DNA from: Planctomycetota bacterium
Lineage (GTDB): Bacteria > Planctomycetota > B15-G4
Direction: 5' to 3'
Assembly: GCA_965248575.1 (NCBI GenBank)
Contig: CBDFJQ010000002.1
Span: forward strand, 640,001 to 704,000
Length of the DNA stretch: 64,000 nucleotides
Shown: one piece after another, positions 57,897-64,000 of the stretch
Layout of the letters: each line of letters starts with the position of its first letter
Numbering within the stretch: the stretch's first letter is position 1
Program-made: the position numbers and the translations under genes
The notes under the pieces: generated by a model
Database searches by the model: none
What the model saw: only the letters and a program-made list of their open reading frames with translations
What the model was told of the DNA's origin: nothing

Positions 57897-60344
57897 CTAC
57901 TTGGACAGGGTGACGTCGACGTCTGCGTACTGGCCCGCGCGAAGATCGACCGTCACGCTTCGCTCCGCGTAGCCCGACGAGCGGAGCACGAGCCGGTAGC
58001 GTCCAGGCTCGAACAGACTGAGCGACGTGTGGATTGGGTAGGAGTCGAACGACCACATGCTAATCGACGCGTCCGACGTGTCCGTGAGGTCCGTGCCCAG
58101 CACGAGGTGCGTCGGGTGTCCCGCGTCGTCGAAGAATTCGTATTGGCCGCTCACCAGCTTTCCCTCTTCGCCGCGCACCGTGACGCGCATCCCCGCGCCC
58201 ACCCGCAGCAGCATGAACTGCGTGATCTCGAGGCCAGGACCGAGTTCGACCTCGAACTCGTTCTCGTAGAAGAGCCCGGATGCGAAGTAGCGGTCCTCGC
58301 CCGGGCGCACGCGAACGCGGTACGCCCCGGGGGGAATGCCCTCGACCCGCAGCTGACCCTCGGCCAACGAGACCTGCCGCGTCTCCGGAGGGACATCTTC
58401 CTGGCCGGCGCGCGATAAACTGACCGTGAATGTCTCAGGGATCGAACCCTGCGGATTCTCCAGCTCGATCACTAGAGTCGCCACCTCCTCGCCACGCACG
58501 AGCTCAACGGGAACCAGGACCTCTTCGCAGGGCTCCGGCGTCCAGAAGTCGAGCGGCACCGGCTGCCGACCGTGGAACGTGATCTCGCCCGTCATGTGCT
58601 TGTTGGGCCGAGCCTGCAGGACGTAGGTCGACTCGTTCCCGCAGAGGGGGAACACCGCAGATTGGAAATCAAAGACGTAGTTGGATCCTCTCTCGGCAGG
58701 CGGCAGGCTCGATGACGGTCGGGCGGACGGGGTTCTCAGGAGCAGGCGGCCCTCGCCCTCGAGGTCGCCCTCGAACTCGAAACGGATCGATGTCCAGCGG
58801 AATTCCAGCACGACACCGTGCTCGGGGGCACGGAAGACCAAGCCGGGGGTACCACCGTGTTGGCTGACCATCCCTTCCGGGTGATCGTCCCATGGCTCGG
58901 GCTTGGTGCGCGACTCGGCCAGCCCCTCCAAACTCACCAGGTACTCGCCAGTACCCAGTCCGCCGAACGCGAAGGCCCCGTTCTCGTCTGTGTCAGTCCA
59001 CTGGCCCCTTAGCGCCAGTTCGAAGCGGCCACCATGGCGAGAGCCGCTTCCCGACAGGGTCGAGAAAGTCGTGGTGGGAGTCAGCCAGAGGAGCTGCACG
59101 GACCGACCGGGAGTGTGGAAGCTTCGCCCTTCGGAGGCCGTCGTATGCATGCCACTTTTCACGGCATCTGGGGTGGCGGCCGTCCTGCGCGTGGGCGACT
59201 GGGCGGAGACTAAGGCACCGGCCACTGGATTGCCGCGGCACTGCACGGATCCCGAGATCGTGTTCCCGGGCTCGAGCACGAGGTTGCCCACGTCGACGCG
59301 CGTGCCGAGCAGCGCCTCGACGTGCGTCGTCGTGGGTCGTCGGCCGTGTTCGTACGACGCCAGCGCATAGCGGCCCGACGCGGACACGCGGAATTCGAAC
59401 GAACCATCTGCCGCACACTCGACGGCGCGGCCGTCCTCATCGATAGGGAAGTCATCCTCGAGCAGCAAGGCACCCACAAGGCCCATCGCCGCCGGAGCGC
59501 CGTCCTCCCGCGTCAGGCGGCCGTGAATCACGGCGGCGGAAACCAACCGCACCCGAACCTCGTAGACCGTCTGGCCGCTCTCCAGCTCTACGCCGCGAGA
59601 CAGGGTCACCCGGGTCGTTTCGATGAGGTGCAACGGATGGTCGACGGAGACCTCCAGTTCGTCGACGCGTAGGTCTTCGACTCGCTCCGCCACAAGCGCG
59701 AAGAACGGATCCAGTTCGAACTCGCTCGTCGATCCCTGGCACGGCCACGAGTCCCGGATCTCGGCGGGCCACTGAGGAGCGTACGAATGCATGCCGTCGT
59801 AGCGGATGAGCGCCGCCTCCGTTCTCGGATCGCCGCGACCCGACTGTGGCAGGCCCTCTCGTTCCTGGAAGGCGACGATCGCTTGGTGCAATCGGGGTCC
59901 CGGCCGTCCGTCGACTTCCAACCGGGTTCCCAAGACACGGTTCAGAGCACTTTGCACCCACTGCACGTAGGCGCTCCATCGCTCAGCGGTGGCAAGCCTG
60001 CGATCGAACGAGCGCTTGTCCACACCCGTCACCGTGACCGTCGTCATCCGCGCGTCTTCTTCGGTGACCCCCTCGATCACCACGCGCAGCACGCTCGTTC
60101 CCTCAACTGCAGACACGCCGCCGGGAGATTCCTCCGCGACCAGATTCTGTACCACGGCCGACCTGGCGACCGGGAGTTCGAACGCGGGCGCGACCGCAGC
60201 ATCCGCGAGCTCTACGCCGGCCTCCAGCGGCTCGACCGCCGCCATCGGCGGTGACTCGGCCCGCGGTGCCCGTACCACGAAGTACACGACGGCCACCGCC
60301 ACGAGAACGGCGACGGACACACAGATCTTCGTTCGCATGGCCAT
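57897..60344 (-). CDS. Membrane-anchored beta-sandwich repeat protein, paralog 3, with inserted peptidoglycan-binding-like domain
   Basis: Collinear with paralog 2 plus an insert VQWVQSALNRV..VDGRPGPRLHQAIVAFQEREGL..G..D..T..AL. Confidence 0.7.
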   Translation of the reverse strand: MAMRTKICVSVAVLVAVAVVYFVVRAPRAESPPMAAVEPLEAGVELADAAVAPAFELPVARSAVVQNLVAEESPGGVSAVEGTSVLRVVIEGVTEEDARMTTVTVTGVDKRSFDRRLATAERWSAYVQWVQSALNRVLGTRLEVDGRPGPRLHQAIVAFQEREGLPQSGRGDPRTEAALIRYDGMHSYAPQWPAEIRDSWPCQGSTSEFELDPFFALVAERVEDLRVDELEVSVDHPLHLIETTRVTLSRGVELESGQTVYEVRVRLVSAAVIHGRLTREDGAPAAMGLVGALLLEDDFPIDEDGRAVECAADGSFEFRVSASGRYALASYEHGRRPTTTHVEALLGTRVDVGNLVLEPGNTISGSVQCRGNPVAGALVSAQSPTRRTAATPDAVKSGMHTTASEGRSFHTPGRSVQLLWLTPTTTFSTLSGSGSRHGGRFELALRGQWTDTDENGAFAFGGLGTGEYLVSLEGLAESRTKPEPWDDHPEGMVSQHGGTPGLVFRAPEHGVVLEFRWTSIRFEFEGDLEGEGRLLLRTPSARPSSSLPPAERGSNYVFDFQSAVFPLCGNESTYVLQARPNKHMTGEITFHGRQPVPLDFWTPEPCEEVLVPVELVRGEEVATLVIELENPQGSIPETFTVSLSRAGQEDVPPETRQVSLAEGQLRVEGIPPGAYRVRVRPGEDRYFASGLFYENEFEVELGPGLEITQFMLLRVGAGMRVTVRGEEGKLVSGQYEFFDDAGHPTHLVLGTDLTDTSDASISMWSFDSYPIHTSLSLFEPGRYRLVLRSSGYAERSVTVDLRAGQYADVDVTLSK

Positions 60345-60402
60345 CCTTCCAATGGTGCTGATCGGGCGTGGGCGATCCGAGGGTGCAGGCTGGGCAGAGC
60401 GG

Positions 60403-61260
60403 CTACCGCAGGCGGAACAACTCCAACGCTCGGGGCGTGTCCGAGGGCGTGAGCTCGTAGAGCACGAGGTCACCCAGCTCGCGACGGAACAGGTGCGCCG
60501 GGCTGCCCAGCTCGAGGACCGGCCGCGGATCGCGGGCCAGCTTGTCCACCAGGATCAGGATCGGTTCGGGCTGCTGCGGTGACGCCAGCAGCGTCGTGGT
60601 CGGCCAGCTCCGGATGGTGAACGGCCCCTCGATGGAGATCTCGTCCGTCGCGTCGACGAGCAGCTCCTGCCCCAGGCTGTCCTGGAAGTGCCGCGCGAGA
60701 TCGTGGGGAAACCCGCAGGCTGCCGACGCCTGCCGCCACTCATCGGCCAGCTCGGCGTACAGGCCGCCGTATGCCACGCAGCTCGTTTCACCCTCCTGCG
60801 CGCCCAGCCCGGGGCGTGCGACCAGCTGGGCGAGGTCCCCGGGGCTGTCGGCTGCGGGGTTGTCGATTTCGGGGCTTGGGCCGCCCTCGTCCACGACGAC
60901 CGCTGGCGTCTCTGCCTCATACCTGGCGTCGAAGACGTCCATCGCCCACAGACCCAGTGTCGCGAGCAACGATGCCGCGACCGCGACGCGCAGCAAGGAG
61001 AGCCAGCGCCCTGCGGAGTGCCGGGTTCGCGCACCGGTCAAGGCCCCCTGAGCGATGGCGGCCGAGTCCTCGGGCACGGGGAAGGCCGCGGTCAACCGCG
61101 CTTCGAGGGACCGCTGGTGCTTCAGCTCGGCGGCCAGCTCGGGGTCCGCGAAGAGCTGCCGCTCGAACGCCGCCCGCCGCTCGTCGTCGAGCAGACCGTC
61201 GACGTAGAGGTCGAGTTCATCCTGTCCCATGTCGCCGCCGGGTCCGTGGGTGTCGTTCAT
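60403..61260 (-). CDS. Anti-sigma factor (membrane-anchored)
   Basis: ELDLYVDGLLDDERRAAFERQL N-terminal motif, one TM (VAVAASLL); overlaps the ECF stop. Confidence 0.8.
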   Translation of the reverse strand: MNDTHGPGGDMGQDELDLYVDGLLDDERRAAFERQLFADPELAAELKHQRSLEARLTAAFPVPEDSAAIAQGALTGARTRHSAGRWLSLLRVAVAASLLATLGLWAMDVFDARYEAETPAVVVDEGGPSPEIDNPAADSPGDLAQLVARPGLGAQEGETSCVAYGGLYAELADEWRQASAACGFPHDLARHFQDSLGQELLVDATDEISIEGPFTIRSWPTTTLLASPQQPEPILILVDKLARDPRPVLELGSPAHLFRRELGDLVLYELTPSDTPRALELFRLR

Positions 61261-61967
61261 GGCAGGCCTTTCTTCCCGGCGGTCACGCCCGTCCCAGACA
61301 CAGGCGCGGGCGCTGCGGGGTGGCTGGAGGGTGTCGGTCCGTCGGCCAGGCGCTGCCGCAGGAAGCGGCGCGCGCGGTGCACGTGGCTCACGGCCGTTCC
61401 CAGGGGGATGTCTAGAGAGCGCGCGATCTCCTGGTACTCGAGGCCGAGCAGGGTCTTGAGCAGCAGGCACGAGCGCGCCATGGGCTTGAGCTCAGCTAGG
61501 GCACCCGACAGCTCGTCATCGAAGGCGCCGTCGTCGGGGCCCAGCTCGCCTCGCAGGTCGACGGCCGGCCGCGCCGGTCCGGCGACGTCGCGTGCCAGGC
61601 CAGGCTCGCGATCGAGCTGGCCCGGGTCGGAGTCGTAGGTGCGTCGACGTGACCGCGTGCGCGCCTGATTCAGCGCAACGAAGCGCACAATGCGTGCCAT
61701 CCACGCCGTGAAGTTGCTGTCGGGTCGAAACTGGTCCAACTTCTGCAGGCCGATCAAGGCTGCCTCCTGCAAGATGTCTTCCACATGCGATCGGTTGCCC
61801 AGCACGCCCGCGGCCACAGACCACAACACGCGGGCCGATGCCTGAAACTGAACGGCGAACTGCTCGGCATCCAACGCCGCCATCGCCGACTCCGAGGAGG
61901 TCAGTCGCTGGTCTCGCCGTCCGTCGCCGCCAGGCGGCGACGCGGGTGTGCTTGTCGGATTCGTCAT
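61257..61967 (-). CDS. ECF RNA polymerase sigma-70 factor
   Basis: VEDILQEA, FTAWMARIVRFVALN, LEYQEIARSLDIPLGTAVSHVHRAR; start uncertain. Confidence 0.9.
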   Translation of the reverse strand: MTNPTSTPASPPGGDGRRDQRLTSSESAMAALDAEQFAVQFQASARVLWSVAAGVLGNRSHVEDILQEAALIGLQKLDQFRPDSNFTAWMARIVRFVALNQARTRSRRRTYDSDPGQLDREPGLARDVAGPARPAVDLRGELGPDDGAFDDELSGALAELKPMARSCLLLKTLLGLEYQEIARSLDIPLGTAVSHVHRARRFLRQRLADGPTPSSHPAAPAPVSGTGVTAGKKGLP

Positions 61968-62305
61968 GACCTCCGGGATCGTATCGTCAGGGAGGGATGT
62001 CGCCGACAGGTCGGGGAATTGCACGCGCTTTCCTCACCCCGCAAGAATTCGCTCTGCGGCTCCCCCGCGTTGGGATTTTCGGGCGTCCTGCTCCGCGCGC
62101 GAGGGTTCCCGCCGCCTTTCGGCAAGAAAGGACGCCCTGCTGCATATGCGCGTGCCCATCGGGACATAGGCATCCGGAGGACCGCGTTTGATAGGGGCCT
62201 CCACCCAGCGCGCGGCGGACGTCATGGCGCCCCGACCCACCTCCGCTCGAACCCAGCCCGATGTCCTTAGTGGATGGCTTTCAGCCGTCCCCCAGCCAAA
62301 GGAAA

Positions 62306-63817
62306 ATGGTCATGAAGCACCCTGCACTCACACTCATCTCGTCCCTTGCCGCTGTCAGCCTCGCGGTTGGCGGTTTCGCTGCACCGGTAGCCAACGCCGG
62401 TGACAACGAGCTTCCGCTCCCGGGCAACACGCCGACCGTGGCCAACGAGCACGTCATCGAGCTGGCGATCTGTCTCGATACGAGCGGCTCGATGGATGGC
62501 CTGATCAACTCGGCGCGGCAGAAGCTGTGGACGATCGTCAACGATCTGGCCAAGGCCGAGCCCACGCCGAGACTTCGCGTGGCCCTGCTCAGTTACGGCA
62601 ACGACGGGCACAACCCCGAGAATGGCTGGGTCAACGTCGAAACACCCTTCACGGAGGATCTCGACACCCTCTCGCAGAAGCTCTTTGCGTTGACGACCAA
62701 CGGCGGCACGGAGCTCGTCGGACGTGTTGTCCAGACGTCATTGCAGGAACTCGACTGGCATTCCTCCGAGAGCGCGTTGCGCATGATCTTTGTGGCCGGG
62801 AACGAGTCCGCCGACCAGGACGATCAGGTTGCCGCCCGCACCATTTGCAAGGAGGCGACCGAAGGCGGGATCGATGTGAACTCGATCTACTGCGTCTACG
62901 GCGATGACGACAGTGAAGTCCGGCCGGGCTGGAGGGAGCTTGCCAGGTTGGGCAACGGCGAGTTCGCCATGATCGATCAGGACAACGGGACGGTCGTGAT
63001 TGCCACGCCCTACGACCAGGCCCTGATCAAGCTCTCCGGCGAGCTCAACGAAACCTATCTTCCGTTCGGCGATGCGGGCCAGGCCGGTTGCAGCAACCAG
63101 TTGGCGCAGGACGCCAACGCGGTGCAGATGAACTCCGAGAACGCGGCGTCGCGGGCCGCGACGAAGGCCGGCAAGCTGTATACATGTTCGTGGGATCTCG
63201 TCGATGCGACCCGCAACGGGGAGATTGATCTCGCCGAGGTAGATGAGAAGGATCTGCCCGAAGACATGCGGGCACTCACGTACGCCCAGCGGGCGGCAAA
63301 GATCGATGCCATGTATCAGCGTCGGACGAAGCTGCAGAGTCAGATCAACGAACTCGATCAGCGTCGCCAGAGGCTGTTCGCAGAGGAGCTGGCGCGCCAG
63401 GCGACGACGAACATCGGGAGTTTCGATCTCGCGATCCGCAGCGCCATTCGCACGAAAGCCGGGGTTCTGGGGTTTGCATTCTCGCCGCTCGGGACAACGG
63501 TTGCGATGGTGGTGTCTCCCGTCGAGGCCGAGCTCAAGGTCGAGGTCGAGGAGGTGGAGACGTGCGACTATTTCATCCAGTTCGGCGCTGGAACCATGAA
63601 CACATGGGTAGCCAATGACCTCATCGAGGACTTTGAGGACGCGCGTCTGGAGGGCAAGGACTTTGCGCACGACAGCCAGGTTGTGCCGGGCACACCCGAG
63701 GCCACTGCGCTTATGGAATCGGTGCCGACTCACGTGCGGGATCTCGTCGGATCGTTGCAGGGAGCGATCTACCTGAGCTGGGGTGACAGGATCTACCTTG
63801 TCACGGGTGGGTGTTGA
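62306..63817 (+). CDS. Secreted von Willebrand factor A (VWA) domain protein
   Basis: Signal peptide; MIDAS-type LDTSGSM, NGGTE, FVAGNE. Confidence 0.85.
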   Translation: MVMKHPALTLISSLAAVSLAVGGFAAPVANAGDNELPLPGNTPTVANEHVIELAICLDTSGSMDGLINSARQKLWTIVNDLAKAEPTPRLRVALLSYGNDGHNPENGWVNVETPFTEDLDTLSQKLFALTTNGGTELVGRVVQTSLQELDWHSSESALRMIFVAGNESADQDDQVAARTICKEATEGGIDVNSIYCVYGDDDSEVRPGWRELARLGNGEFAMIDQDNGTVVIATPYDQALIKLSGELNETYLPFGDAGQAGCSNQLAQDANAVQMNSENAASRAATKAGKLYTCSWDLVDATRNGEIDLAEVDEKDLPEDMRALTYAQRAAKIDAMYQRRTKLQSQINELDQRRQRLFAEELARQATTNIGSFDLAIRSAIRTKAGVLGFAFSPLGTTVAMVVSPVEAELKVEVEEVETCDYFIQFGAGTMNTWVANDLIEDFEDARLEGKDFAHDSQVVPGTPEATALMESVPTHVRDLVGSLQGAIYLSWGDRIYLVTGGC

Positions 63818-63967
63818 TCGCAGGCGATTCGCTCTTCTCGGCTCGCCGCGATTGACGGGCAGGTGCGCCCGGGGGCTTGGGACGATTCGCGGAGGCACCA
63901 AGCGGCTGCTGTTCTCGGAGCGCGGAAGGCGACATGCCGTAACTGCGCTGCGCGCAACAGGTAGCGA

Positions 63968-64000
63968 TGGCGTTCCCGCCAGGATTCGAACCTGGGACCG
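63968..64000 (-). tRNA. 3' portion of a tRNA (T-arm, acceptor stem, CCA); anticodon lies outside the window
   Basis: Minus strand reads CGGTCCCAGGTTCGAATCCTGGCGGGAACGCCA: CCAGG-TTCGAAT-CCTGG T-arm and encoded CCA. Confidence 0.88.

Larger units (their letters stand above)
53355..64000. mobile_element. Putative tRNA-integrated genomic island/islet without integrase
   Basis: Bounded by a tRNA 3' end and its duplicated fragment; cargo of tandem paralogs, ECF/anti-sigma and VWA genes. Confidence 0.7.

Noticed and set aside
63806..63900. Selenocysteine readthrough at GGC-TGA of the VWA gene
   Set aside because: No recognisable SECIS or redox fold; TGA is the common stop codon here

Overview
High-GC bacterial window. 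The gene content (ECF sigma paired with a Ser/Thr kinase-WD40 protein, DCNxNGxPDxCD repeats, HEAT and FG-GAP proteins) suggests a planctomycete-like organism; this is inference only. In order, it holds: the 3' end of an Lhr-like helicase; an SGNH/MBOAT O-acylation locus; a run of secreted hydrolases (M14 peptidase, matrixin, two alpha/beta hydrolases, an FG-GAP protein) that share an unannotated ~110-120 aa C-terminal domain; a PTP-loop/cytochrome c' fusion lipoprotein; an ECF/kinase pair; an RNA/cold-stress neighbourhood (three DEAD-box helicases, Csp, SlyD, YciH and two related small basic ORFs); a carbamoyltransferase cluster with a ferritin-like/SxtJ-like fusion, an SxtK-like mini-gene, a radical SAM and an SGNH protein; a frameshifted LMF1-family gene; and a double-length UvrA2-like ATPase. 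The last ~10.6 kb is bounded by a 32-bp duplication of a tRNA 3' end, has no integrase, and carries three tandem, loop-variable surface-protein paralogs, an ECF/anti-sigma pair and a VWA protein. All family calls come from reading motifs by eye; no database searches were run.
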